Assembly (NCBI GenBank): GCA_964016885.1
Contig: OZ024743.1
Location: forward strand, 223,324,001 to 223,388,000
Direction of reading: 5' to 3'
From: Eledone cirrhosa
Lineage: Eukaryota
DNA: 64,000 bases
A program made the position numbers and the translations under genes. The notes below the pieces were generated by a model. The model was not told where the DNA came from. It searched no databases and worked only from the letters and a program-made list of their open reading frames with translations. Positions 15,393 through 28,397 of this stretch are shown here, one piece after another (position 1 is the stretch's first letter; each line of letters starts with the position of its first letter).

Positions 15393-16961
15393 ATTAAAAG
15401 TAGTGTTTTTCATTAGAAATATGCTAATGAAAGGATTAATTACTAATCAAACATATTTTAATGAAAGGGTTAATTACTAGTTAAAAATATGCTAATGAAA
15501 GGGTTAATCACTATCCAAAAATATTAGCGGCATCTCTACTGTAACTTTATTTACACCAATAAGATAACCAGTAGCAGTCAATATTGTTTTAGGTTCAGTT
15601 TTACTGTGTGACACTTTGAGGAAGTGACTTCTCTCATAGCCCTGAACTGATCAATGACTTGTGAGTAAATTTACTAAGCAAGAACTGTAAGGAAACCTGT
15701 TATGTATGTATTCAGACGCTATGCTTTGCAGCATAGAGTTACAGCCCTTTACGGTTTTAGTTCAAATCTCGCCGAGGTTAACTTTGCCTTTCATCCTTAT
15801 GGGGTCGATAAAATAAAGCATCAGTAATGCACTGGGATAATTGCTGACCTTGGTCTGTATATATGCCAATCACCACAAATATTATAGTGATTCAGTTTAT
15901 AAAAGCCAAGGTGTGATGAATGTTAGCTGTGTATACCATACTTCTATATAGATTCACATAAAAAATTGCCCCCAAAACAATTTACTTATACATTAGCATT
16001 TAAACTGGCTGTATCTAGCCAAAATTGTCTCACCTCTTTCTGTTCAAACTAGCCATAACCAACTGCTCATACTTATGTTAATTGTTCTCAAAATAAATAT
16101 TAAGATCTCATAGATTTAATATGTGAAGTAATTATGTGAGATAAAGTGTTTACTGTGAAAATACAATAGTAAATATAGAGTAATGTAAATGCTAAAGAGT
16201 TAAAAGCTCTCTTTCATATTTGTTTTGTTATGATGTTAAATTTTTTAATCTTTTTGTTACCATATTTCAAAAGAAACATGCTGCATATGATTTTCAAATA
16301 ATTTTGAAAAATAATCAAGAGTTTAGGTTAAGTAATTTGGTTTGTGAAATGTTCTAACAGACATGTATACTTGTTGAAGACAGGAATGCAAGAGAGATAT
16401 TTAACCCTTTTGATACCAATCTGCCTGAAACTGCTCTTGGTTCTATGGTTTCAGGTAGTTTCATACTGAAAGGGTTGAAGTGTATATATTTACCCGTCAA
16501 TTATAATTCTCTCACCTCTTTCTGTTTAAACCGGCTGTAACCAGCTGCTCATACTGATGTTAAGGTATTGTTCTCAAAATAAATATATCAAAATGTCATA
16601 GATTCGATATTATGTGAGATAATTATGTGCAGTAAAGCCTTTACCATGAAAATACAATAGTACATATAGAGTAATGTAAATGCTAAAGAGTTAAGTTATT
16701 CTTCAAACACAAACTAAATAATGAGAAAGTTTTATCACCAAATCCTCTGAATTTTTGATTATTTTCAAAATGATTTGAAAATCATATGCAGAAATATGGT
16801 AATGAAACGGTTAATCCAACTTATAAAACTTGTTTCAAAAACTGAGCTGCCAATAATAATTTCTGTATTCTTTAATTATTTTCATCTAATTTATTAAACA
16901 AACTCTTTAATACTTACTGATTGTTTGAATGACATCAGCTAGCAACTATTATTATTTGAAT

Positions 16962-17333
16962 GTGGATTGGCAGTATCGGTAGAGGATCGGACGCCATGCT
17001 TTCCAGCATAGTTACGTCCCTTTACGATCTGAGTTCAAATCCCGCCGAGGTTGACTTTGCCTTTTATCCTTACGGGGTCGATAAAATAAAGTACCAGTAA
17101 TGCACTGCTGGCCTTGTGCCTAAAGTAGAAACAATTATTATTTGAATGTTTTGGCGGTGGATTGGCAGTATCGGTAGAGGGTCGGACGCCATGCTTTGAC
17201 GCTTGCCATTCTGAGTTCAAATCCCGCCGAGGTTAACTTTGCCTTTCATCCTTACGGGCTCAATAAAATAAAGTACCAGTAATACACTGGGATAATTGCT
17301 GGCCTTGTGCCAAAAGTAGAAACAATTATTATT
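16962..17333 (+). mobile_element. Two tandem tRNA-derived SINEs with a Nin/Deu-like domain
   Basis: Head TGGCAGTATCGG...GAGTTCAAATCCC (A/B boxes), central GCCTTTCATCCTTACGGGGTCGATAAAAT, (att)n tail. Other copies lie near 15714, 21502, 24858, 28436, 38350 (rc) and 56109. Confidence 0.8.
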
Positions 17334-17387
17334 TGAATGTTTATTGAAATTTATTTGTTTATTTCAGATTGTCTATAATATGTTGTC

Positions 17388-17466
17388 ATGTCTCAAATGC
17401 TGAAAAATAATCCTAAAATGAAGTTACCAACTACAAACCAAGGAACTATGCCTGTTCCACCTTCAG
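17388..17466 (+). CDS. stau: Staufen coding exon 1 (exon starts 17368): MSQMLKNNPKMKLPTTNQGTMPVPPS
   Basis: Acceptor atttcag|17368, in-frame TAA at 17376 before ATG 17388, donor G|gtagga; phase 1 joins 26825 in frame. Assignment rests on splice signals and phase only. Confidence 0.65.
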
Positions 17467-17929
17467 GTAGGATAATATCTTCTAGTTCAATATGATTCTT
17501 TAGTATGTGGAAAATGGATGTTAAACGAAGATGATGATGATGATGATCAGAGAGAGGAAGACAAAAAATGAATTGTAGAGAATGATAGAAATAAAGCCAG
17601 TGATGGATGTTGTGAAGAGAAAAAGGAATGAGATGGTTGGGTCATGTGTTAAGGTAGGAGGATAGTCACTAGATGATGGAAATAGAGAATGTTGTGAAGA
17701 GAAATGGAATAAAATGGGTCATGTGTTGAAGAATGTAAATGACTGGGTGATGGGAAATAGAGCCAGTGATGGCTGGGTCATGTATTGTGGATTGATGAAA
17801 GTAACTGGATGAGAGGAATAATGGAAATGAATGTGGAAGGAAGTAGAGGAAGGACCAAAACAGGGTCATAACAACCAATATAAGGACACAAGTCCAAATA
17901 AATCAGTAATAATAATAATAATAGTTATT

Positions 17930-20590
17930 ATTATTATTGTATTTTCCTTTGATTTCGCTTTATGTGCAATGACTACGGAGTATCAACCAGGTACTTAGGA
18001 CAGGCATTGTTGGTTTTCACAGTTTTTTACTTAACAAGTTACATCACAAAAGTTGATAAGTAAATAAGTTTAAAAAAATATATATATAAAAAGGTAGGAA
18101 TAGGAGGAGATAAATCAAAGTATTAAGGAGTATAAAAGATATGAATTAATTTTGTATTAAAAATATTTGAATGGTTTAAAATATTTATTAAATTTGCTCT
18201 AAAAATTAAACAGAAAAGATAGTGTGTTGAGATATATTACAAAGACGAAAATTTACGAAGTATGTAGGCAGTACTCGTTAGAACCATCTTTTGGATTTCA
18301 TAAATGCTAGGTTTACCAGGTATGTTTTTTAGAAACTTTTGAACACCTTTCTTTATGACACCTAGAGCTCCTATCACTACTGGAATAGTTTGTATTTTAA
18401 GGTGACACATTCTGTTTATTTCAATTTCTAGATCTTTATATCTTGTAAGTTTTTCATATTCTCTTGCTGACACATTTCTATCAGACTGACAGTTATATAA
18501 ATGAGTAAGCAGGTGTTGTTTTTTAAATCTTTATTAATAATATCAGGATGGTTTGCATTAATAGTGTGATGTGTGTGAATGGTAAAGTCCCAAAGGATTG
18601 TTACTCCTTCAGTTTCTGTAACTGGTTGTGGTTTGTGTTTTCTGTATGTTCTGCATTGTGTTGCTTGTATATTATCCAGTGGATGTATTGTCTCACCTTA
18701 TGATGTCTAATCTTATATTCAGTTGGTGCTAATGTGGTGTAGCCTGATATATGGTCAATTGTTTCAAGCTGTGCATCACATATCCTGCATTTGGGGTCTT
18801 CTCCATTTCTGATAATTCCTAGTAAAGAAGCTCTCGTCCTGGGTAGTAAAAATAAAATCTGTTTCAGCTTTTAATCCTGAACTTTGTAGCCACTGATGAG
18901 TTTGTGCTTGATCTATATCAGCATCTTGGGTACGAAGTGGGCATTAGCCGTGTAGCAGATTTTGTTGCTATTTATATCTAAATGTCTTTAGATCTTCTGG
19001 CTTTGACTTGCTGCTTTAGTTGGAATTAGGTCAGCTTCATTATTTAGGTGTATGCCTTCAGTTTTTAATTCTTTCCTGTAGGTCCCTGTCTCTCTGAGCA
19101 CTGAATGGAGTTTCCTTTGGTTTTTGTGCTTTCTTACTAATACCATCATCCACTCATTGGTGCTCTATAGGTACATTTGTAACTGTTTTGTATGATAATT
19201 CCAGATTAGTCCTCTTCCCCCTTCTTCTCTTGGCAAATAGAGGCAATTTACGTCTGTTTTAGTGATTCATTTTGTTGGATGTAAAGAGTTTTGGAGTACA
19301 TTCTTTGAAGATCAGATAAGTTCCAATTGATGTATTATAACTGTACATCTAAGGTGTTTATAGCCTGGAAACGGTTTTTAATATTTAGTTGTTTTCAGGA
19401 TCAGCTTTACTCTTCTGTAATATTCTGTCTGTATTTACTCCCTCATTTGATTGTATTTAATTCCATCACCATGGAGGCACATGGCTTAGTGGTTAGAGCA
19501 TTGGCCTTGCAATCGAAAGGTTGTGAGTTCAATTCTCAGACCGGGTGATGTGTTGCTTCCTTGAGCAAGACACTTTATTTCACATTGCTCCAGTTTACTC
19601 AGCTGTAGAAATGAGATGATAGGGACTGGGGTACCTATCATTCCACGGCAAAAAAGCACCCAGCCCACACTGTAAAGTGGACGTGTAGGCGCCACGACAA
19701 AAAAAAAAAAGCACCCAGCACTCACTGTAAATGAGGTTGGTGTTAGGAAGGGCATCCAGCTGTAGAAATCAAGCCAGAATCATTTCCCGTCCCACCCTTG
19801 CAAGCAGTGAAAAGCGGACGTAAAATGATAACTAACTAACTAACTAACTTTGTTTATGTCAAGATATTTATATGGTTGTATCTATATCGAGTTGAACAGA
19901 TGTTTTTGTTAGCCTTTCTGTTTTAATCGTAGCTGCATTTGTCAAGGCCAAATTCCATCCCAATGTTATTGCTAAATTGATTCAGTTGTTAAAATCCTTC
20001 AAACTCTTGGTTGCTTTTAGCATACAATTTTAGGTCATCCATAAAAACAAATGGTTAATGACCTTATTGTTGCTGTTCATCGTATACTTGTATCTCATGT
20101 TGAGCTCACTTGATATTGGAAAGGAGCAAGACAAAAGAGGAGAGAGGGAGTCGCCTTGGAATATTTCGCAATTAATTTTAATTTTATCTCACTTATGACT
20201 CTTTTGTTATGGTTTAAAAAGAGAGTTGTACTCCATTTTGTCATGCAGACCTGTAAAAATTTAGATTTTACCGGAGATATTTTGTAAATTTTTAGAGCTT
20301 CCAATATCCATTCATCTGGTACACTGTCATAGGCTTTTCTATAATCAATCCAAGCAGTGCCTAATTTTTCTTTTTGGACCAACAATTCTCTAGAATCATC
20401 TTATTAATTAATAGTTGGTCTTTGCCCCCATATGATTTCTATTTTCCTCCTTTTTGTTCTTGTGGAATGATTTCATTTTCATCAAGGTTTTTGTATATCT
20501 GCTCAGTTAGTATAGATGTCAGGATTTTGTAAGCCGTAGTGAGACAAGTTATTGGCCAATAGATTTTTTTGTTTTTTGGGAGAAGATATG
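17930..20590 (-). mobile_element. Decayed R4/Dong-type non-LTR retrotransposon (RT plus restriction-like endonuclease), interrupted by a SINE
   Basis: AWIDYRKAYDSVP.EWILEAL; FMDDLKLYA near 20040; RLE tail EKLTRYKDLEIEINRM...PVVIGALG; 3' end abuts (TAA)n. Confidence 0.82.
19473..19848 (+). mobile_element. Full-length tRNA-derived CORE-type SINE with an RTE-like 3' tail
   Basis: A box TGGCTTAGTGG, B box GAGTTCAATTC, CORE-like CCTTGAGCAAGACACTT...CTCAGCTGTAGAAATGAG; 3' part shared with the RTE 3' UTR. Confidence 0.82.
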
Positions 20591-20914
20591 TTGTGCCTTC
20601 TGTCAACCAGTTATTATCATCATCATCTCCTTATAATATATAACCAGCAATTTCTCTGTCTGTCTGTCCGACAGTGGAAACACGTGCGCGCGTGCGAATG
20701 TTTTTTGCGCACGCGTAGAGAGAGAGTGAGAGTGAAAGAAAGAGACAGACTACGAGAGGGGCATAGCGAGAGGGAGAGAGAGAGAGTGAATAGACGCTAA
20801 AACACGTGCGCGCGTGCGAATGTTTTTTGCGCACGCGTAGAGTGAGAGTGAAAGAAAGAGACAGACTACAAGAGGGGGATAGCGGGAGGGAGAGGGGGGA
20901 ATTGAGGAGTGCTA

Positions 20915-21068
20915 CAGAAACATATATACATTTCTGTGTGTGTGTAATATTTATATATATACACACACAGAAATATATATATATATATACACAGAAATAT
21001 ATATACATTTCTGTGTGTGTAATATATATATATATACACACAGAAATATATATACATTTCTGTGTGTG

Positions 21069-21109
<41 letters not shown>

Positions 21110-21265
21110 GAAATATATATATACACGCACAGAAATATATATACATTTCTGTGTGTGTAATATATATATATTTCCGTGTGTATATATATATATATATTAC
21201 ACACACAGAAATGTATATATATTTCTGTGTGTATGTATATATATATACACACAGAAATATATATA
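20915..21265. repeat. Palindromic minisatellite (CACACAGAAAT-atatatac-ATTTCTGTGTG units separated by TA runs)
   Basis: About six self-complementary units, flanked by imperfect inverted arms (~20838-20890 / ~21295-21360). Confidence 0.85.
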
Positions 21266-21501
21266 CATCCCTTAGCTACTGTACTGTATCTGTTGCTATC
21301 TCTCTCTCTCTCCAGCTATCCCTCTCTTTTAGTCTGTCTGTTTCTCTCACTCTCACTCTTTCTCTTTGTAACACACTAACATTCCTCCCCTCTATTGCTG
21401 TGACGAATGGGAAGATGGAGAAGGAGGAGAGAGTCACTTCGTCACTTCACCTCTGCCTTTCTTTCTCTCCCCTCTCACTCCCTCATTACGTACAGACATT
21501 A

Positions 21502-21694
21502 GGGCGATGGATTGGCAGAATCTGTAGAGAGTCGGACACCATGCTTCATAGCATGGAGTTACGTCCCTTTACGGTCTGAGTTCAAATACCGCCGAGGTTA
21601 ACTTTGCCTTTCATCCTCACGGGGTCGATAAAATAAAGTACCAGTAATGTACTGGGTAATTGCTGGCCTTGTGCCAAAAGTAGAAACAATTATT
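21502..21694 (+). mobile_element. Nin/Deu-like tRNA SINE
   Basis: Same head, core and tail as 16962-17333. Confidence 0.8.
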
Positions 21695-21839
21695 AGAAAC
21701 ATTGCTTCATTTTTACATATCTAAGCATTAGTAAAATAACTAATAATTTCAAAAGTAATTTTTCAATTCCAATTGTTATGAACAGCAAAACATTAATAAT
21801 AATTTTGTTCTAAGAAATATATATACATTTCTGTGTGTG

Positions 21840-21900
<61 letters not shown>

Positions 21901-22299
21901 GAAATATATGGGCATTTCTCTGTTTGTCTGTCTGTCTGTCTGTCTGTCCTTCCCTAAAACTCAAATGTAGGTGCTACAGAAATATTACCTTCCCCTTCCT
22001 TTCTCCACTTTGGTACTACCAAGAGAAATACTGTCGCTATAGAAACATTACCTTCCCCTCTCCACTGACTTTGGTCACTGAGGCTGAGGGAATCGCTGGT
22101 TGCTATAGAGACACCTTGCACAAGCCAGAAGTAACCAGTTCGAGGCGGTTCTGACTTGACACCATGCCAAGGACCATTTGAAGATATATTTCCATCGTTA
22201 TATCATAACGTTTATGTATCATAACGTTTATATTTCCGTCACTAATCTCTTTTTCTCCTTTTTCGTTTTAACATATATTTATTTCAAAGATTTCACCGT

Positions 22300-23915
22300 A
22301 TCATCATCATCATCATCATCAACGTTTAACGTCCGTGTTCCACGCTTGCATGGGTTTGGACGGGGGTAGTCCCACTTGAGGCAAGAGTGATTGTCTTGCT
22401 CGCATAGGACTGTCTGGCAGGTTTTCTACAGTTGGATGCCCTTCCTAACACCAACCACATTTACAGTGTGGGTCTGGGAGGTTTTTACCGTGTTGCCTAC
22501 ACGGCCACATTACAGCGTGGACTGTGTGTTTTTTTGTCGTGACACCTACGCGGCACCAACATAACTTTACATAGAACGGGGTGGTGTGGATGGGGTGGGG
22601 GTGGTGGCGGGACGGGGTGTATTTTGTTAGAGATGCCTATTGGCAAGGCGGGTCTTCTCTGTTACTGAGTACCGCCAAAGGTCACGGTCCAGTGACATTG
22701 TCTTGGAGAGGTGTAAGTGTGTGAGGTCGGAGTTTATCAGCTCATCCCATGTTTTTCTAGGTCTGCCTATTCCGTGGCTACCGTCTATCTTTATTGCCCT
22801 GCACTTTGTAATACAGCTATCGACTTTCATGCGCATCACGTGTCCATACCAACGCAGCCTTCTCTCGAGTAAACAACATCTGATCCCTCTTATCTCTAAT
22901 TTTTTCCTTAGTTCGTTTATGCTTTGCCGTTCACGTATATTACTGTTACACATCCAGCGGAGCATGCAAGCTTCGTTCCTCTCTAGTCTGCGTATATCCT
23001 CTGCACACAATGCCCAGGTCTCACTACCATGCAACATTGCTGTTCGTATGCAGGCATCGTACAACCTGCCTTTCATTTTTAGGGAGAACCCTTTAGCAGC
23101 TAATAGTGGTATAAGCTCTCTGAACTTTTTCCAACCAGTTCTGACTCTAGCTACAGTACTTTCAGAGCACCCCCCCCCACTGCTGATTTTATCGCCCAGG
23201 TAACGGAAGCTGTCCACTATTTCTATAGAACCCTCTGCGCAATTGAAAGAGCTAGTATTTTGTGGGCACTTGCTGCTACTTATTGCACCAGAACACCGGC
23301 CACATGTAAAGTCTATGTTCTTAGTTAGCTTACCTGTGATCCCACTACATCTTTTATGCACCCATACTTTGCATTTAGGACATAAGATGGAGTTTCTACC
23401 TACGCCTTTCCTACATACCGAGCACGACCATTTCCCAGAAGGGACCGCCGCCTTGTTTTCTTTCCTACAAACTAGAACTTTGGTCTTAGCCAGGTTAATT
23501 TTAAGTCCTTTTGACTCTAGGCCGTGCTTCCATGTTTGGAATTTCTTCTCTAGCTCGGCCATTGATTCCGCTATGAGTGTCAGGTCGTCTGCGTATAGGA
23601 GTTCCCATGGGCAGCCTGTCTTGAACTCCTCTGTTATAGCCTGAAGGGCAATAATAAATAGTAGGGGGCTGAGAACAGAGCCCTGATGGATGCCAACTTT
23701 TACGCTAAACTCTTCACTATATTCGTTGTTAATTCTAACCTTGCTGACTGTTTCTTTATACATGGCTTGTATAGCCCTCACAAGCCATTCGTCAACGCCT
23801 AGTTTTCTAAGAGCCCACCAGATAATGGAGCGGGGGACTCTGTCGAAGGCTTTCTCCAGGTCGACAGAAGCTAAGTAGAGGGGTTTACCTTTAGCTAGGT
23901 ACTTCTCCTGTATAG
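22300..23915 (-). mobile_element. RTE-clade LINE, 5'-truncated, uninterrupted RT ORF (22627-23922)
   Basis: DLEKAFDRV, GIHQGSVLSPLLF, LLYADD, GLKINLAKTK, Cys/His finger, FRYLG, HGSETW, WYGHVMR, GRPRKTW; 3' UTR and (cat)n tail. Confidence 0.95.
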
Positions 23916-24065
23916 ATAACATATATATTTATACATGCATAAAAGACACACCGAGAGATGGTGAACATGTGGTGCCGAAAACATTTCTCATCCAAATCTC
24001 AACAATATCAGTATATACACTAGATTTGCTAGCAGAAAACTGCCCACCGGGTTGTTTTCTGCTAG

Positions 24066-24328
24066 TCTATATATCTAAAACAGAGAATGTCTGTCTGTCC
24101 CTAAAACTCGAGAACCACGCAACTGATTGTTTTCAAACTTTACACATGTAATACTTATGGTCCTGTGAGTGTTTTGAGAAAAAAAATGAGACGATTTAGC
24201 GATCTCTCTTTATAATTCTTAGTCTTTCTTTTTAGATAGATACATAGATATAATGTTGCGCCCTTATAATATCTGTCTGCATTACGACATTATGATGCTA
24301 TATGTGTGTATGTATATATGTATATATA

Positions 24329-24366
<38 letters not shown>

Positions 24367-24659
24367 TCTAACATTTTTCGAAATATTTACTTATACGTTC
24401 ACAGGTTGATTTTTTTTAGTTTCAGAAGATCCCGTTAAGGGTGAAAGCAGCAATTCTTTGCTTAAACTTTAATCTGTTATTTTAAAATATATATATATAT
24501 ATATATATAATTATATATTCGTGTACAGATATCTTTGCATGCACAATAACAAAATATAAACAAACGTATTTATTTCACGAGGCTCGATAAGGATAAATAT
24601 ATATCAAATATATAAGAACCCTAGAGCAAATCCCGAGCAACGTCGGGCAATTCTACTAG
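24066..24659 (+). mobile_element. Non-autonomous Helitron
   Basis: 5' TCTATATAT...(CTGT)n start; 3' hairpin CCCGA-gcaacg-TCGGG followed by CTAG|T. Confidence 0.75.
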
Positions 24660-25399
24660 TCATTATTAAACTTTTCCCCCATTGAGGAATTTTCTTTTGT
24701 TTCTATTTTTTTGTTACATCCTTCGTTTTTTTGTTTTATACTCATTTTTACATGCAGAAACCCATATTGTACCATCCTGTGCTGTCCTTAATGTATTTTT
24801 ATGTAAACCCTTTGTGGTCAATAAAGAAAACATTATTATTATTATTATTATTATTGCAGCATAGGCGTTATGTCCCTTTACGTTCTGAATTCAAATCCCA
24901 CCAGGTTTACTTTGCTTTTCATCCTTACGAGGTCGATAAAATAAAGTACCAGTAATGCACTGGGTAATTGCTGGCCTTGTGCCAAAAGTAGAAACAATTA
25001 TTATTATCCTTATTTATTATTATAATGTGCCAAAAAGTGATTATAAAAATCAGTTTTACAAATATTTACTGATTAACACTCTTTTAATGCCAAACTCTGG
25101 AACTTCCCTCTGTTGTATATGTTACAAAACTTCTAAAATGGTTGTCAGCTATAATAAAATGCTAAGTGTGTTTGTATGTAACTCTTTAACATTTACAGAC
25201 ACATATACTGCATTTCTTATCTCAGTCATGTTGTTACAATAAAAAGTTTGCTTTCCAATCACAAATTGCTGGTTTTTAACCTTACATTTGTCCCAGTTAT
25301 TTCACCAAAGTTACTTCTAGATTTAATCATGTATGTCATTTGTACATATATTCTGACCATTATTAAAATATCATTCTTATCTTTAATCACTTCTACATA

Positions 25400-26123
25400 T
25401 CTAATAAAAATAATAATAAGGAAATTATTGTGTACAGTGCTCAGGTGCACTACAACTCATCAAAGGTGCATGTATGGTATATAGAATAATACAAATGTTA
25501 GGGAAGTGAATAGTGTATGAGTCATGATATACATGTGTGCATGTGTATGGAGGGGGAATATTAGGTGTAGTGTTGGCGAATCTCAGGAAGCATGAATGTT
25601 TTAAAGGATGCAGTGTCTCGATAGCTAACAACTGATGCAGGGAGTTTGTTCCATGCTTCAGCAACTCTGAGTGTGAAAAAATGTTTCCGAAAGTCATGGG
25701 AGCTGTGCTGTTTTCTGACTTTGTTGGCAAGCCCACGTGTATTAGACACATGGAAATCAAAAAGGTACTCAGGGTTGTTGTTGGCAAGATGGTTAATAAT
25801 TTTGTGGGTGTTTACCAAGTCCATTGCCAGATGTCGGAGCTTCAATGTATCCGTGTTCAGAGTATGGTAGATGCCTGATGGAGGGTATTCACTTGGTTGC
25901 AGGTCTCTGAACAGATTCCAGGCGGTTGATGTTCTGAGCAAGATAGTGGTTCCAGACGGGTTCCAGCTTGATGTCATCTGCAAATTTGAGTACACACCAG
26001 ATGACATCTCATATGGTGAGGAATGCTGTCCTAGAACTGTGACTACTTCTCTTCGACTGAGAATGAAGGACCAGTTAAAAAGATCATCCTTCACACCCAT
26101 TGCAGAGAGTTTTGCCCAAGATT
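25400..26123 (-). mobile_element. CR1-type LINE 3' fragment
   Basis: TRGLANKVRK...RKHFFTLRVAEAWNKLP..VV...ASFK is a typical CR1 ORF2 C-terminus; (TTA)n tail. Confidence 0.8.
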
Positions 26124-26824
26124 AATTTATTAAAATGCAAAATTCTCGATTTGTATGATTATTCATATATTTGATAATCCTGATATATATGACATACCAA
26201 TTCTGGACTCCAAAAATTAAATATGTTTAATGCTATTGCTGTCATTATTGATGACAACACAGGCACACTGGTACTGACAGATACACTAGTATTTATCTAA
26301 GAACCTTCCACTTGAATTTTGATGAATGAAGCTTTATTAGGGTATGTTCCAGACACTTACTAAATAATGAGAAATTTAGAAATAGGACTGGGTTCTTTAT
26401 CATTAGCCCTTTAGCATTTAAGCTGGCTGTATCTGGCCAGATTTCTCTCACCTCTTTCTGTTTAAACTGACCGTAACTGTCCACTCATACTGATGTTAAG
26501 GTATTGTTCTCAAAATAAATAATATCAAAATCTCATAGATTTGATACTATGTGAGATAAAGCCTTTACCATGAAAATACAATAGTAAATCTAGAGTAATA
26601 TAAATGCTAAGAAACCTATAAGAAGTAACCTTATTGGAGGCCAGTTAAACCTACATAGGTGTAAGATATAACAACAAATTAGTTATTCAATTAAATCCTT
26701 CTAAATTCTGAAAAATCCTAGTTGGTGTCTTTCATTAACAGAAGGGTTAAATCTCAAATGTTCTCCAATATATTCTCACCATCCCCTTCTAATGATGTTT
26801 TTAACTGTTTGATTCTTTTGACAG

Positions 26825-27297
26825 TGTTAAGCAAAAGTGGTATGATGGGCCCAATAATGATGTCACAATTACCCAGAAATATGGCTCAACCACAAATGGT
26901 ACCATCTACTAATTCTTCGCCAAACAACCTGCTGCAGAACTCACAGAGAATGGCGAGGAATTCTAACCACAACAATTCAATGAACAGTGGAATACTGCAA
27001 AACAACTCTGCTAATAACACCCCTAATAACAACACCAACAGCAACAATGGTCCTGCGATGGGGGCCTCATTGGCCAATCAATCCCATTCAGCTCCCTCTG
27101 TGGCATCAGTTGGCTGTGGTACAGTTGGTGGGAGCTCAAATAATGAAACAGTTGTTACTTCTGCTGGCAACTCAACAACTGCTCTTTCTTCATCTCCACA
27201 GACCAACTTATCACAGCAACAACAACCTCAAAATTTGGCAAACACAAAAGAGAAGACCTCCATGTGTCTAATTAATGAGTTAGCTCGTTTCAACAAG
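26825..27297 (+). CDS. stau: Staufen exon 2: N/S/Q-rich region and start of dsRBD1
   Basis: ttgacag| acceptor, AAG|gtaaat donor; ends ANTKEKTSMCLINELARFNK (Staufen dsRBD1 helix 1). Confidence 0.9.
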
Positions 27298-28192
27298 GTA
27301 AATATTAACTTTTTTTTTAATTTGCAAAAATAAAAATAATAATAAGTATTATTATTATTTTGGTTTCTCAGATTTCCAACCTTCTTTATCTTGTCAATGA
27401 AGGTGCCTGGCTTAGTGGTTAAGTGCTAGACTCATCATCATAAGGTCATGGAGTTTGATTCCTGGACTGGGCAATGCATTGTGTCCTTGAGCAAAACACT
27501 TTATCATATGTTGCTCTAGTCTGCTCATCTGAAGAAAAAAAATGAGTTGCAACATCATGCATGGGCAACAGCTGCTGGTTTTCCACAAAACACTTTTCCA
27601 AGTGCAAACTCATGGTCAGTTATGACCAAAGGAGGTATCTTTACTGGAATAAAATATCAAAGAAATGTTATGCTTTGATGTGTTAAAACAATTTGCTTGT
27701 TCTAACATAAAACTGTACCATCAACCTCTTATATAAAACTCTATTTAAAGTTCATTTTTTTCTTTGTATTTTTAGGTCTCATGTACCCAAATTAACATTA
27801 AGTAGATTGTAAATTGATAATACATTTGCAGAAAAAAGTCTTTGATTTTGCAATTCAATTTATTCATGGACTGAATCATGTGAGGAAGGATGAAGGTGAC
27901 TGGGCAAGAGTGGAGATATGAAGAGAGTTATTTATGAGTGTTGTGGAAGGAAATGGCTGGATCGTGTGTTGAAGAAAGATAAAAAATGATGGAAATGAAG
28001 GTGGAAGGAAGTAGAGAAAGGGGATGACCAAAAAAGACATGTCTAATAAAATGAAATGAATGCTAGAGTTTGGTGGAGATGGGGTGTCCATGATAGAGGG
28101 TAAAATTATGGGATAAAATGGAGAAACTTGTTGTTGGACCTTAAAATGCTTAATGTATTAATTTATTGGCCTCAAAATATTTGATTTTTTAG

Positions 28193-28397
28193 GTGTCACA
28201 CATGTACACCTTAGTGGATGAAATCGGCCCGGCTCACAAGAAAACATTTTTTGTGAAGCTGAAGCTTGGAGAGGAGGAATATTCAGCATCAGGACCTAGC
28301 ATCAAAAAGGCACAGCATTCTGCTGCAAGCATTGGTCTTGAAAAAACTGCTTACAAACATCCTCCTCCCAAGCCTTCGCCTAAAAAATTTAATGGAG
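28193..28397 (+). CDS. stau: Staufen exon 3: dsRBD1
   Basis: VSHMYTLVDEIGPAHKKTFFVKLKLGEEEYSASGPSIKKAQHSAA; tttag| and G|gtatgt. Confidence 0.95.

Noticed and set aside
19473-19545. tRNA gene
   Set aside because: A and B boxes are present, but the sequence runs into a CORE domain and LINE tail and recurs in many diverged copies, so it is a SINE head.
22640-23878. Plus-strand ORFs overlapping the RTE element
   Set aside because: They are antisense shadows of the RT frame with no independent motifs.
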